Below, one piece after another: positions 18,040 through 27,554 of a stretch of DNA of 60,548 nt. The notes under the pieces are model-generated. The model had not been told where the DNA came from. It saw nothing but the letters and a program-made list of their open reading frames with translations, and made no database searches. This stretch comes from Chloroflexota bacterium (GTDB lineage: Bacteria > Chloroflexota > Limnocylindria > Limnocylindrales > CSP1-4). Both the position numbers and the translations under genes were made by a program. Where the stretch lies: positions 1 through 60,548 of the forward strand of contig JBBIIL010000010.1 in NCBI GenBank assembly GCA_037446495.1, in the 5' to 3' direction. How positions within the stretch are numbered: the first letter of the stretch is position 1; each line of letters starts with the position of its first letter.

Positions 18040-19112
18040 GCGGCCCCCTGCTCCTGGCGGTCGAATCGTCGTGCGACGAGACGGCCATTGCCGTGGTCGA
18101 GGACGGCCGGCGGATCCACGCGAACATCGTGGCGAGCCAGGTCGCGCTCCACGCGCCCACCGGGGGCATCGTCCCGGAGGTGGCGGCGCGCGCACACCTC
18201 CGCTGGATCGTGCCGGTGCTCGACGAGGCGCTCGCGACCGCCGGCGTGACGGTGCGCGACGTTGATGGCGTGGCGGTGACGTACGGGCCCGGCCTCGCAG
18301 GCTCCCTGCTCGTGGGGATCAACTTCGCCAAGACGCTCGCATGGGCGCACGGCAAGCCCCTGGTGCCGGTCAACCACCTCGAGGGGCACGTCTACGCCGG
18401 CTGGCTTCTGGACCCGGGAGAGGCCGAGCGCGAGGCGCCGCCGTTCCCGCTCGTGGCGCTGGTCGTGTCCGGCGGGCACACCTTCCTCGTGGAGATGCGC
18501 GACCACCTCGACTACCGCTACCTCGGCGGGACCATCGACGACGCGGCGGGCGAGGCGTTCGACAAGGTGGGCCGGCTGCTTGGCCTGGGCTACCCGGGCG
18601 GCCCGGCGATCTCCCGCGAGGCGACCAAGGCCACGGCACACGACCGTGTCTTCCCGCGGGCGCGGCTGGGCGACTCCTACGACGTCTCGTTCTCGGGGCT
18701 CAAGACCGCAGCCCGGCGCATCGTGGCGCAGGCTCGGGCGGACGAGGGCCTGCCCGCGGACGAGCGCGAGGGCGGCGCCCTGGCCGAGGCGACCGTCGCC
18801 GAGCTGGCGTGGGGATTCCAGGACAGCGTCGTGGATGTTCTGGCGACCAAGACGATCCGGGCGGCGGAGGAGATCGGCGCGCTCGGCATCGTGCTCGGCG
18901 GGGGCGTCGCGGCCAACAGCGAGCTCCGGGCGCGGATCAGCGGCGAGGCGGAGGCGCGCGGGATCGCGATGGTCATCCCGCGGCCGGGCCTGTGCACCGA
19001 CAACGGGGCGATGATCGGCGCGGCGGGGGCTCGGCGGCTCGCGAGCGGTGCGCGCGCGGGCCTGGACCTCGATGCGCGGCCGTCCCTGCCGCTCGCGAAG
19101 CGGTCGGCCTAG
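18036..19112 (+). CDS. tsaD: tRNA N6-adenosine threonylcarbamoyltransferase TsaD
   Basis: GTG at 18036 overlaps the rimI stop (GTGA). Motifs LLAVESSCDETA, NHLEGH, GGHT and GGVAAN. Confidence 0.95.
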   Translation: MSGPLLLAVESSCDETAIAVVEDGRRIHANIVASQVALHAPTGGIVPEVAARAHLRWIVPVLDEALATAGVTVRDVDGVAVTYGPGLAGSLLVGINFAKTLAWAHGKPLVPVNHLEGHVYAGWLLDPGEAEREAPPFPLVALVVSGGHTFLVEMRDHLDYRYLGGTIDDAAGEAFDKVGRLLGLGYPGGPAISREATKATAHDRVFPRARLGDSYDVSFSGLKTAARRIVAQARADEGLPADEREGGALAEATVAELAWGFQDSVVDVLATKTIRAAEEIGALGIVLGGGVAANSELRARISGEAEARGIAMVIPRPGLCTDNGAMIGAAGARRLASGARAGLDLDARPSLPLAKRSA

Positions 19113-19114
19113 GC

Positions 19115-19978
19115 ATGGCCGACCTGCGCCTCGATCCGCGGCACGTCCGCCGCACCCTCACCGAGGCGGGCCTGCGTCCGCGACACCGGCTGTCGCAGAA
19201 CTTCCTCGCGGACGTCGAGGTGCTGGAGCGGATCCTCGAGGAGGCCAACCCCGAACCCGGCGACCGCGTGCTCGAGATCGGCCCTGGGCTCGGTTTCCTC
19301 ACCGGTGGGCTGCTGACCGGCGGCGCCGCCGTCACTGCCGTGGAGCTGGACGCGGGAATGGCCGACTTCCTGCGGGGTCAGTTCGCTGGCGAGCTCGACG
19401 CCGGGCAGCTCCGCCTCATCGAGGGCGACGCGCTGGACCAGCACCTCGTGCGCCTGGTCGAGCCGCCGTACGACGTGGTGGCGAACCTGCCGTACCACAT
19501 CACGAGCCCCATCCTCCACCGCCTCCTGGGTGAGGCGCCGCGGGCCGAGCGCCTGGTCCTCATGGTGCAGCGCGAGGTGGGGGAGCGTGTCGCGGCCGCC
19601 CCCGGCGAGATGAGCTACCTCTCGGTCTTCGTCCAATACCATGCCCGGGCCCGCGTCGCCTTCCGCGTCCCGCGCGAGGCGTTCGAGCCCGCGCCCAAGG
19701 TCGAGTCGGCGGTGCTCGTGCTTGAGCCCTACGCGCACGACGACCGGCTCGCCGCCGTCGCCGAGGACCGATTGTGGCGCCTCGTCCAAGCCGGGTTCCG
19801 GGAGCGCCGCAAGATGCTCCACAACGTCCTGCGCCGTCAGCTGCCGATCGAGTCGGCGCGTGTGGACGCGGCGCTTGCCGCGGTGGGGATCGCGCCCGAC
19901 CGCCGTCCCCAGACGATGGCGGTGGGGGAGTGGATCGCGCTGGCAGAGGCGCTGGGACCGATCCCCGACGGCCGCTGA
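19115..19978 (+). CDS. rsmA: 16S rRNA (adenine1518/1519-N6)-dimethyltransferase
   Basis: Internal ATG at 19115 of ORF 18341..19978. Motifs LSQNFL, VLEIGPGLGFLT and NLPYHITSPIL. Confidence 0.93.
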   Translation: MADLRLDPRHVRRTLTEAGLRPRHRLSQNFLADVEVLERILEEANPEPGDRVLEIGPGLGFLTGGLLTGGAAVTAVELDAGMADFLRGQFAGELDAGQLRLIEGDALDQHLVRLVEPPYDVVANLPYHITSPILHRLLGEAPRAERLVLMVQREVGERVAAAPGEMSYLSVFVQYHARARVAFRVPREAFEPAPKVESAVLVLEPYAHDDRLAAVAEDRLWRLVQAGFRERRKMLHNVLRRQLPIESARVDAALAAVGIAPDRRPQTMAVGEWIALAEALGPIPDGR

Positions 19979-20073
19979 GCGTCAACGGCGAGGCCGCCCA
20001 CCCGACCCGCCGCGCGGCCGCGCCCGCAGCGTCTGCCGCGTACGATGGGCGAGCCCCCAGTCCCACAGGTGCC

Positions 20074-20844
20074 ATGGTGTCCGAGGCCCTCATCGAAACC
20101 CGCGATCTGGTCAAGCGCTTCGGGGACAAGCTCGCCGTCAACAATGTGAGCTTCGACGTCCGGAGCGGCGAGGTGTTCGGCTTCCTCGGGCCAAACGGCG
20201 CGGGCAAGACCACGACGATCAAGGTGATCGTGGGGCTCCTGCAGCCGACGTCCGGGACCGTGCGGATGGCCGGCCATGACGTCCAGGCGGAGCCGCTCGC
20301 GGCCAAGGCGGCCAGCGGCTACGTGCCGGACACCCCGAACCTGTACGCCAAGCTGAGCGCGCGCGAGCTGCTCCGCTTCGTGGGCGACCTCTACGGCCTC
20401 GACCGCCGTGCGGCCGCCCGGCGGATCGATGAGCTGCTCCGGATGTTCGATCTCGCGGCGGCCGCCGACGACACGATCGACTCGTACAGCCACGGCATGC
20501 AGCAGAAGACCTCGCTCGCCGCAGCCCTGATGCACGACCCGAGGGTGCTCGTGCTCGACGAGCCCACCGTGGGCCTCGACCCGAGATCGGCCCGCCTGAT
20601 CAAGGACATCCTGCGCCAGATGGCCGACCGGGGGGCGGCCGTGATGCTCTCCACGCACATCCTCGAGATCGCGGAGCGCATGTGCGATCGGGTGGGGATC
20701 ATCGACCGGGGCGAGCTCATCGCGGTGGGCACGATGGACGAGCTGCGGGCCCGGGATTCGTCCGGCGAGGCGAGCCTTGAGGACATCTTCCTGAATCTCA
20801 CCGGGGGCGCCGACGTCGCCGACCTCGCGCACTTCCTCCAGTGA
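20074..20844 (+). CDS. ABC transporter ATP-binding protein
   Basis: Internal ATG at 20074 of ORF 19774..20844. Walker A GPNGAGKTT, signature YSHGMQQK, Walker B VLVLDEP. Confidence 0.9.
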   Translation: MVSEALIETRDLVKRFGDKLAVNNVSFDVRSGEVFGFLGPNGAGKTTTIKVIVGLLQPTSGTVRMAGHDVQAEPLAAKAASGYVPDTPNLYAKLSARELLRFVGDLYGLDRRAAARRIDELLRMFDLAAAADDTIDSYSHGMQQKTSLAAALMHDPRVLVLDEPTVGLDPRSARLIKDILRQMADRGAAVMLSTHILEIAERMCDRVGIIDRGELIAVGTMDELRARDSSGEASLEDIFLNLTGGADVADLAHFLQ

Positions 20845-22676
20845 GCAGCCCATCCGCCGCGACTCACGACCGCCGGCTCGACGGCCGCACGCTGCCCGCG
20901 GCCTGGATGCTGCTGCGCCTGCGCGTGCGGATTGCGGTGAACGGGCTGCGCCGATCGAAGGGCCGGGCGCGGGTCGGCGCCGTGATCGTGGGGCTGCTGC
21001 TGGGCGCGTTCGCCCTCTTCCTGCTCGCCATGAGCTGGCTCCTGTTGTCGTTCCTGCAGTCCCCGGACCTGGGTCGGAGCCTGTCCGTCGATCCGGCCCG
21101 GGTCGCCGCCGCCATCCCCGTCCTGGTGCTGACCGGCCTGTTCGTGGTGGTCCTGCTGATGAGCTTCGGCAGCCTGCTCCAGGCGCTGTACCTCGTGGGC
21201 GACATGGACTTCCTCCTGGCCGCGCCCGTGCCCATCCGGGCCGTGTTCATCTCCAAGGTGGTGCAGGCGGTGGCGCCGGTCTTTGGCCTGTTCTCGCTGT
21301 TCGGGGGGCCCGTGCTCGTTGGCCTCGGGCTGGCGCGCGGCTACGTCCCGCTCTACTACCCCCTGGTGCTCGTGGCGATGGTCGGGCTGGCCCTGGCGGC
21401 GGCCGGGCTGTCCGCGCTGCTCGTCATGCTCGTCGTTCGCGTGGTCCCGCCGCGACGCGCGGCGGAGATCCTCGCCTTTGTCGGGGCGATCCTCGCGGTC
21501 TCCGCGTCACAGGCGTTCAACCTGGGCAACGCGATGGGCGGTGGGGGCGGCGGCGCGTCGGGGGCGTCGGTGAGCGGAATCTTGGGCTTGGCAAGCGCGC
21601 CATGGCTGCCGCTCAACTGGGTGGGAGAGGGCCTGGTTGAACTGGGCGAGGGCCGTTGGCTCACGGGCCTGCCGCTGGCGGGGCTGTCCCTGGGGCTGGC
21701 GTTCGCCGCCTTCTGGGGCGCGGTCGTGACCGCGGAGCGCTGGTACTACTCCGGCTGGGCCAGCATGCAGGTCGTCGAGCGCCGGCGGCACAGGAAGGCG
21801 TCGCCCGCGCGGCCTGCCGGAGACACCCGGACGGCCGTGCCCTGGCTTGCGCGCCGGGTTTCGCAGCCGCTGTGGGGGCTTGTGTGGCGTGATGCGCTGA
21901 CGCTCCGCCGCGACCTCCGCAACCTCTCCCAGCTGGTCACCCCGCTGATCGTGGGCATGGTCTACACCGTCCTGCTGTTCCGCGGTGGGGGACCCGGCCA
22001 GGCAGGCGGCGCAGGCGCTCAGGAGGAGCTCGGCGGGCCCCTCAGCGAGCTGTCCGCGTTCAGCAGCGTCGGGATGTCGCTGTTCGTCGGCGGGATGCTG
22101 CTGGCGAGGCTCGCCACCACGGGGTTCTCGCGCGAGGGCCGGTCGTACTGGCTCGTCAAGACGGCGCCGGTCAGTTCCGGCCAGCTCCTCGCCGCAAAGT
22201 TCGTGGTCGCGTACGCGCCGGTTCTCGTGCTGAGCCTCGCGCTCAACGTGGTCATCGCGATCGTGCGCCAGATGGACGCTGGCCAGTTCCTGTACTGCGT
22301 GGTCGCCTCCGGCCTGTGCCTGGCCGGCATGACCGGCATCCTGCTGGCCTTCGGGGTGCTCGGCGCCAACTTCACCTGGGACGACCCGCGTCGCATGAGC
22401 GGCGGCGCGATGGGCTGTGCCGGGCAGATCTTGGCCATGGTCTACGTCGTGCTCGTCCTCGTCCTGTTCGTCGGGCCGATCATCGTGGCCGCATGGCTCG
22501 GACTCCCTTCCGGCTACGCGTACCTGGCCGGCCTCGTCCTCGGCTCGGCCGCGGCGCTCGGCGCCGCCTACCTTCCCCTCCTGCAGATCCGTGACCGGGT
22601 CGCCGTCCTCGACGAGCCGACGAATGACGCGGCGGCGTCCTGGCCCCCGGCAGCTGCGCAGCGAGCAGGCCGGTGA
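20841..22676 (+). CDS. Multi-pass ABC exporter permease-like membrane protein
   Basis: GTGA overlap with the ATPase gene. The 611-aa protein has many hydrophobic helices throughout. Confidence 0.7.
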   Translation: MSSPSAATHDRRLDGRTLPAAWMLLRLRVRIAVNGLRRSKGRARVGAVIVGLLLGAFALFLLAMSWLLLSFLQSPDLGRSLSVDPARVAAAIPVLVLTGLFVVVLLMSFGSLLQALYLVGDMDFLLAAPVPIRAVFISKVVQAVAPVFGLFSLFGGPVLVGLGLARGYVPLYYPLVLVAMVGLALAAAGLSALLVMLVVRVVPPRRAAEILAFVGAILAVSASQAFNLGNAMGGGGGGASGASVSGILGLASAPWLPLNWVGEGLVELGEGRWLTGLPLAGLSLGLAFAAFWGAVVTAERWYYSGWASMQVVERRRHRKASPARPAGDTRTAVPWLARRVSQPLWGLVWRDALTLRRDLRNLSQLVTPLIVGMVYTVLLFRGGGPGQAGGAGAQEELGGPLSELSAFSSVGMSLFVGGMLLARLATTGFSREGRSYWLVKTAPVSSGQLLAAKFVVAYAPVLVLSLALNVVIAIVRQMDAGQFLYCVVASGLCLAGMTGILLAFGVLGANFTWDDPRRMSGGAMGCAGQILAMVYVVLVLVLFVGPIIVAAWLGLPSGYAYLAGLVLGSAAALGAAYLPLLQIRDRVAVLDEPTNDAAASWPPAAAQRAGR

Positions 22677-23695
22677 CCAGCCCGACCGACCCGCGCGACC
22701 GGCTGGCGCCCGTCGTGCGCCTGGCGCCGGCCAAGCTGAACCTCACGCTCGCCGTTCTCGGAATCCGTCAGGACGGCTACCACGAGCTCCACAGCGTGAT
22801 GGTCCCGACTGGCGCGGCGGACCGGCTGTCGGTCGCCGTGCAGCCGCCGGGCGGCGAGGACACCCTCCACGTGTCCGGGTTCGACCCCGGGCCGACCGCC
22901 GACAACCTAGTCCTGCGCGCCATCGCAGCGGCCCGGCGCGCCGCGCGCGACGCAGGCTTCGGCCCTGACGTGCCGCCGCCGCTCGCAGCCCGCCTGGAGA
23001 AGCGGATCCCTGTCGCGGCGGGTCTGGCCGGCGGCTCCTCAGACGCGGATGCCGCCGTGGACGCCGCGCTCGAGGCGTGGGGCGTGACGCTCGATGCGAC
23101 CACCCGTCGTGCGCTCGCCGCCGGGCTGGGCTCCGACGTCCCGTTCTTCCTGGCCGGCGGCCCGGCCCTGGTCGAGGGGCGCGGCGAGCGCGTGACGCCG
23201 CTGTCCTGGTTGCGCGACGCGGCCGGCTGGCCGGACCGGCCGGGCCTGCTGCTGGTGACGCCCGCGGTGGGCCTCAGCACGCCCGCGGTGTTCCGCGCCT
23301 GGGATGCCGGGGCCCGAGTTCCGGGGGGCGTGGCCAGGCTCGCCTCCGCGCACCTCGCCGACGAGCTCCGGCGCGGGATGCTGACCTCGGACATGCTCCT
23401 CGCCCGAGCATCGGTCCTCGCGGCCGCCAACGATCTGGCGCCCGCGGCCGCGGCGGTGGAGCCCGCGCTCGTGCCGTTCAAGCGGGCGCTGCTGCGCCTG
23501 CTGGCCCGTCCCGTCGGCCTGTCCGGCTCGGGGCCGACCCACTGGGCGCTCTATGCTTCGCGGGCCGAGGCCGAGGCGGCCGCCGGCCGGCTGCGCGAGG
23601 CCGTGGCCGCGGGTGCGCTCGTCGGCCCGGGAACGCGTCCGCTGTTCATCGAGGCCACCGTCATCATTGCCCCAGCACCGGAGAGCCAGCCATGA
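22673..23695 (+). CDS. ispE: 4-diphosphocytidyl-2-C-methyl-D-erythritol kinase
   Basis: GTGA overlap with the permease gene. Motifs APAKLNLTLAV and GHMP-kinase PVAAGLAGGSSDA. Confidence 0.9.
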   Translation: MTSPTDPRDRLAPVVRLAPAKLNLTLAVLGIRQDGYHELHSVMVPTGAADRLSVAVQPPGGEDTLHVSGFDPGPTADNLVLRAIAAARRAARDAGFGPDVPPPLAARLEKRIPVAAGLAGGSSDADAAVDAALEAWGVTLDATTRRALAAGLGSDVPFFLAGGPALVEGRGERVTPLSWLRDAAGWPDRPGLLLVTPAVGLSTPAVFRAWDAGARVPGGVARLASAHLADELRRGMLTSDMLLARASVLAAANDLAPAAAAVEPALVPFKRALLRLLARPVGLSGSGPTHWALYASRAEAEAAAGRLREAVAAGALVGPGTRPLFIEATVIIAPAPESQP

Positions 23696-24072
23696 CCCGC
23701 GAGGCAATCTCGACCGGCGGCGCGCCCGCCGCCATCGGCCCCTACAGCCAGGCCATCGCCACGGACGGCCTGCTGTTCTGCAGCGGCCAGCTGGGCCTCG
23801 ACCCGGCGACGGGCGACCTCGTGGACGGCGTGGAGGCCCAGGCCGAGCGCGCGATGCTGAACCTGCGGGAGGTCCTCGACGCCGCCGGCGCCACGTTCGA
23901 CGACGTCGTCAAGACCACGATCTTCCTCGCCGACATGGACGATTTCACGGTCGTGAACGCCATCTACGCGCGGTTCATGCCCGACCCGCCGCCCGCCCGC
24001 TCGACCGTGCAGGTCGCGGCGCTGCCCAAGGGCGGCCGGGTGGAGATCGAGGCGATCGCCCGGCAAGGCTAG
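23692..24072 (+). CDS. ridA: RidA/YjgF-family reactive-intermediate deaminase
   Basis: ATGA overlap with ispE. Motifs GAPAAIGPYSQA, TIFLADMDDF and VEIEAIA. Confidence 0.9.
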   Translation: MTREAISTGGAPAAIGPYSQAIATDGLLFCSGQLGLDPATGDLVDGVEAQAERAMLNLREVLDAAGATFDDVVKTTIFLADMDDFTVVNAIYARFMPDPPPARSTVQVAALPKGGRVEIEAIARQG

Positions 24073-24145
24073 GCGACGACGACGGTCGGAGCTGAGGCGA
24101 CGCCCGCGCTGCGCCGAGCGCGGCGCCCCGCGCCCGCGGGTCCGT

Positions 24146-24175
24146 TTGACACCCCCTGCCCGCGGCCCACAGAAT
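24146..24175 (+). promoter_or_regulatory. Putative sigma70-type promoter upstream of glmU
   Basis: TTGACA at 24146-24151, an 18-nt spacer, then CAGAAT at 24170-24175. It lies about 95 nt upstream of the GTG at 24272. Confidence 0.35.
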
Positions 24176-24271
24176 CGCCCGGCCCGACATGACAGACACC
24201 GACACACCCCAGGCTGACGCCGCCGCTACCCCGGCGCGCGTCGAGCCGCGGTCCGCGCGGCGACCGATCCC

Positions 24272-25711
24272 GTGACCCGGCCCGCACCCGGCAGGCCCGC
24301 GCGCCGCACGGTGGCCATCGTGATGGCGGCCGGGCTCGGCACGCGCATGAAGTCCACCACGCCCAAGGTCCTCCACCGGATCTGCGGCCGCACCATCGTG
24401 GAGTGGGTCATCGACGCTGCTGCCGGCGCCACCGGTGGGCGGCCCATGGTCGTGTACTCGCCCGCCACCGTTGCCGTGCGCGACGCGGTGAGCGGCCTCG
24501 CCGACACCGTGCAGCAGGATGTCCCGAGGGGCACCGGTGACGCGGTCCGCTCCGCGCTGACGGCCCTCCCCGAGGAGGTGGACGAGGTCCTCGTGCTCAG
24601 CGGCGACGTGCCCCTGATGCGCGAGGAGCTGCTGACCGCGCTGCTCGAGGCGCGGCGGCTGGACCACGCGGCGCTGGCGCTTGTCGCCGTTGACGCCATC
24701 GACCCGTCCGGCCTCGGTCGCGTCGTCCGCAACGAGGGCGGCACGGTTGAGCGGGTCGTGGAGGACAAGGACGCCACCGAGGAGGAGCGCGGGATCGCCG
24801 AGATCAACGCGGGGCTCTACGCGGTGGACGCGGCGTGGCTGCGGCGGAGGATCGGCGACCTTGAGCCCTCCCAGGTCTCGGGCGAGTTCTACGTGACCGA
24901 CCTGGTCGCCCTTGCCCGCGCGGACGGGCGCCTCGTCGCCGCGCTGGACGTGGAGGACGACGGGCGCCTCACCGGCATCAACGACCGCGCCCAGCTGGCC
25001 CGGGCCGAGTGGGACATGCGGGTGGAGATCAACGACCGCCTGATGCGTGCCGGCGTCACCATGCTGGACCCGTCCACGGCGTATGTGGACCACGGCGTGG
25101 AGCTGGCCGAGGACGTGACGCTGGAGCCCAACGTGATCCTGCGCGGCAGGACCCGCGTGGGACGGGGGACCAGGATCGGCGCGGGCTCGCAAATCCTCGA
25201 CTCCACGATCGGGGAGGACTGCGTGGTCTGGGCCAGCGTCGTGGAGCAGTCCACGATCGAGGACGCCGTCACGGTGGGCCCGATGTCCCACCTGCGCCCC
25301 GGCGCGCACGTGGGTCGCCGCTCGGAGATCGGCAACTTCGCCGAGGTCAAGAACAGTCGCCTGGGCGAGCACGTCCGCCAGCACCACAACAGCTACCTCG
25401 GCGACGCCGACGTGGGCGCGGAGACGAACGTCGGCGCCGGCACCATCACCGCCAACTACGACGGGGTCCACAAGCACCGAACCACCATCGGCGAGGGTGT
25501 GTTCCTGGGCGTGGACACGATGCTCCGTGCGCCCGTGACCCTTGGCGACGGGTCGAAAACGGGCGCGGGCGCCGTGGTCACCAGGGACGTGCCCGCGGGC
25601 AAGCTCGCGGTGGGCGTGCCGGCGCGGATCCGCGAGGTTCGCAAGCCGGACGATGCCGACGGCGCACCGGGCGCCGCGACCGTCCCGCAACCCGACGGTG
25701 CCGCGGGGTGA
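24272..25711 (+). CDS. glmU: Bifunctional UDP-GlcNAc pyrophosphorylase / GlcN-1-P acetyltransferase
   Basis: MAAGLGTRMKS nucleotidyltransferase motif and C-terminal hexapeptide-repeat beta-helix. Length is 479 aa. Confidence 0.93.
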   Translation: MTRPAPGRPARRTVAIVMAAGLGTRMKSTTPKVLHRICGRTIVEWVIDAAAGATGGRPMVVYSPATVAVRDAVSGLADTVQQDVPRGTGDAVRSALTALPEEVDEVLVLSGDVPLMREELLTALLEARRLDHAALALVAVDAIDPSGLGRVVRNEGGTVERVVEDKDATEEERGIAEINAGLYAVDAAWLRRRIGDLEPSQVSGEFYVTDLVALARADGRLVAALDVEDDGRLTGINDRAQLARAEWDMRVEINDRLMRAGVTMLDPSTAYVDHGVELAEDVTLEPNVILRGRTRVGRGTRIGAGSQILDSTIGEDCVVWASVVEQSTIEDAVTVGPMSHLRPGAHVGRRSEIGNFAEVKNSRLGEHVRQHHNSYLGDADVGAETNVGAGTITANYDGVHKHRTTIGEGVFLGVDTMLRAPVTLGDGSKTGAGAVVTRDVPAGKLAVGVPARIREVRKPDDADGAPGAATVPQPDGAAG

Positions 25712-27045
25712 ACGCGCCGATCCCCGAGATCCTGTTCCTGGTCGTCCTCACGGTCCTCGAGGGCTTCTTCGTCGCGGGCGAGATCGCGCTCGTGTCCATC
25801 CGCCGCAGCCGGGTGGACCAGCTGGTGGACGAGGACCGCCCGGGCGCCAAGCGCGTGCGCCGCCTGCTCGACGAGCCCGGTCGCTTCCTCGCGGTCTGCC
25901 AGATCGGCCTGACGTTCATCGGTTTCCTCGCCTCGGCGTTCGCGGCCGTGAGCCTGTCCGCCCAGCTGTCGGCGGCGCTCGTGTCGGCGGGGATCGGCGC
26001 GTCCACCGCGGACACGCTGGCGCTCATCGCTGTTACCGGCGTGCTGGCCCTGTTCACGATCGTCTTCGCAGAGCTGGTCCCCAAGACCCTCGCGCTCGCG
26101 TACGCGGAGCGCTTCGCGCTGGTGCTGGCCGTCCCGCTCGACCTCCTCGGGCGCATCCTCTCCCCGGTCGTCGCCCTGCTCACCGGCATCACCCGCGCGA
26201 TCACCAGGCCGTTCGGCGCCGACGTCAACGCCGAGGCGCAGATCACCGCGCAGGAGCTCCGGCTGATCGTGGAGCGCGGCGGGGAGCAGGGCATCCTCGA
26301 GGCGGAGGAGGAGCAGATGATCAACGCCGTCATCGAGCTCGGCGACCGGCGCCTGCACCAGGTGATGGTGCCCCGCGTGGACATCATCGGACTGCGGGCG
26401 GACGCGTCCTTCGACGTGGCCATCGACCTCATCGTTGACGGCGGGCACTCGCGAGTTCCCGTCTACGAGACCTCGGTGGACGAGGTGGTGGGCATCCTGT
26501 ACGCGAAGGACCTGCTGCCGTTCCTCAAGTCCGAGGTCGCCGAGCGCCCCGGCCTGCGGACGCTGCTCCGGACGCCGGTGTTCGTCCCCGAGTCGCTCTC
26601 GATCGACGACCTGCTCCACGAGTTCCAGCGCCGGAAGGTGCACATGGCGATCGTCCTCGACGAGTACGGGGGCACGGCCGGCCTCGTGACGATCGAGGAT
26701 CTGCTCGAGGAGATCGTGGGCGAGATCCAGGACGAGTACGACGTCGAGGAGCCGCTGGTCGAGAACATCGGCGAGCACCTGGCGCGGGTGGACGGGCGCG
26801 CCGCGATCGAGGACCTGCTCGACATCTGGGACATCAAGGTCGAGCTCGAGGACCAGGACGAGTACGACACGGTGGGCGGCCTGGTCTACCACCGGATCGG
26901 TGGGATCCCGCAGGTGGGCGACGAGATCCGCGTGGAGGGCCTGCACCTGACGGTGGAGTCCACCGACGGCCGCCGCGTGTCGAAGGTGCTCGTGGAGCGC
27001 GAGACGTCCGTCCGGGACGAGTCCACGGGGGACGGCGAGGACTAG
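25708..27045 (+). CDS. HlyC/CorC-family transporter (DUF21-CBS pair-CorC_HlyC)
   Basis: GTG at 25708 overlaps the glmU stop (GTGA). Four N-terminal TM helices are followed by CBS-pair strings (HQVMVPRVDI, VPVYETSVDEVVGILYAKDLL) and the C-terminal transporter-associated domain. Confidence 0.88.
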   Translation: MNAPIPEILFLVVLTVLEGFFVAGEIALVSIRRSRVDQLVDEDRPGAKRVRRLLDEPGRFLAVCQIGLTFIGFLASAFAAVSLSAQLSAALVSAGIGASTADTLALIAVTGVLALFTIVFAELVPKTLALAYAERFALVLAVPLDLLGRILSPVVALLTGITRAITRPFGADVNAEAQITAQELRLIVERGGEQGILEAEEEQMINAVIELGDRRLHQVMVPRVDIIGLRADASFDVAIDLIVDGGHSRVPVYETSVDEVVGILYAKDLLPFLKSEVAERPGLRTLLRTPVFVPESLSIDDLLHEFQRRKVHMAIVLDEYGGTAGLVTIEDLLEEIVGEIQDEYDVEEPLVENIGEHLARVDGRAAIEDLLDIWDIKVELEDQDEYDTVGGLVYHRIGGIPQVGDEIRVEGLHLTVESTDGRRVSKVLVERETSVRDESTGDGED

Positions 27046-27332
27046 TCTTCGGCGGCCTGGCCCGCGCCATCCTGCAGGCCAGGCCGCTGGGCATCGTCCT
27101 CATCCTGGGTGCGAGGAGCGACGCGGTCGGCTGGCGACAGTCGGCGCGCCACGACAGCTGGCCCAAGCCCGCGCCTTTTCGCCTAGTTCGAACAAACCCG
27201 CCGCCCAACGCCGGGCTCCCGGCCGTTTGCACGCCCCGCGGGCTTGAGGCGGGCGGCCTCACGGTCTGGTGGGCTTGCGGTGGGTGACGTTGCGGTGCCC
27301 CGGGCAGGCCATTGGATCGTCCGGGGCCGGTT

Positions 27333-27488
27333 GCCCCGGGGTCCTGTTCGCACCTTCCGAAAGGCGGGTCGCCGGGGGCGAGTGCCGAGACGCGCCCGCG
27401 GGCGAGTGCCGGGGCGGGCCGCGGGGCCCCGGGGTCCTGTTCGCACCTTCCGAAAGGCGGGTCGCCGGGGGCGAGTGCCGAGACGCGC
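27333..27488. repeat. Two perfect 62-63 bp direct repeats, 93 bp apart, in a spacer between convergent genes
   Basis: 27333-27395 and 27426-27488 are identical: (G)CCCCGGGGTCCTGTTCGCACCTTCCGAAAGGCGGGTCGCCGGGGGCGAGTGCCGAGACGCGC. Each copy contains a CCTTCCGAAAGG mini-hairpin and a CCCCGGGG palindrome. Confidence 0.9.
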
Positions 27489-27502
27489 TGGCGGGCGCGA
27501 GG

Positions 27503-27538
27503 CGGGGGCCTGCCGCGGGGCGGGGGCCTGCCGCGGGG
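27503..27538. repeat. 18-bp tandem duplication CGGGGGCCTGCCGCGGGG x2
   Basis: 27503-27520 equals 27521-27538. The duplication ends 16 nt before the stop codon of the minus-strand polyprenyl synthase gene. Confidence 0.9.
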
Positions 27539-27554
27539 CCCCGAGGACCGGAGC

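Noticed and set aside
27333-27538. CRISPR array interpretation of the intergenic repeats (also considered for 49282..49333).
   Set aside because: There are only two long copies, separated by 30 bp that itself resembles flanking repeat sequence, plus an 18-bp tandem. The 13-bp unit at 49282 has no spacers. No cas genes are in the window.
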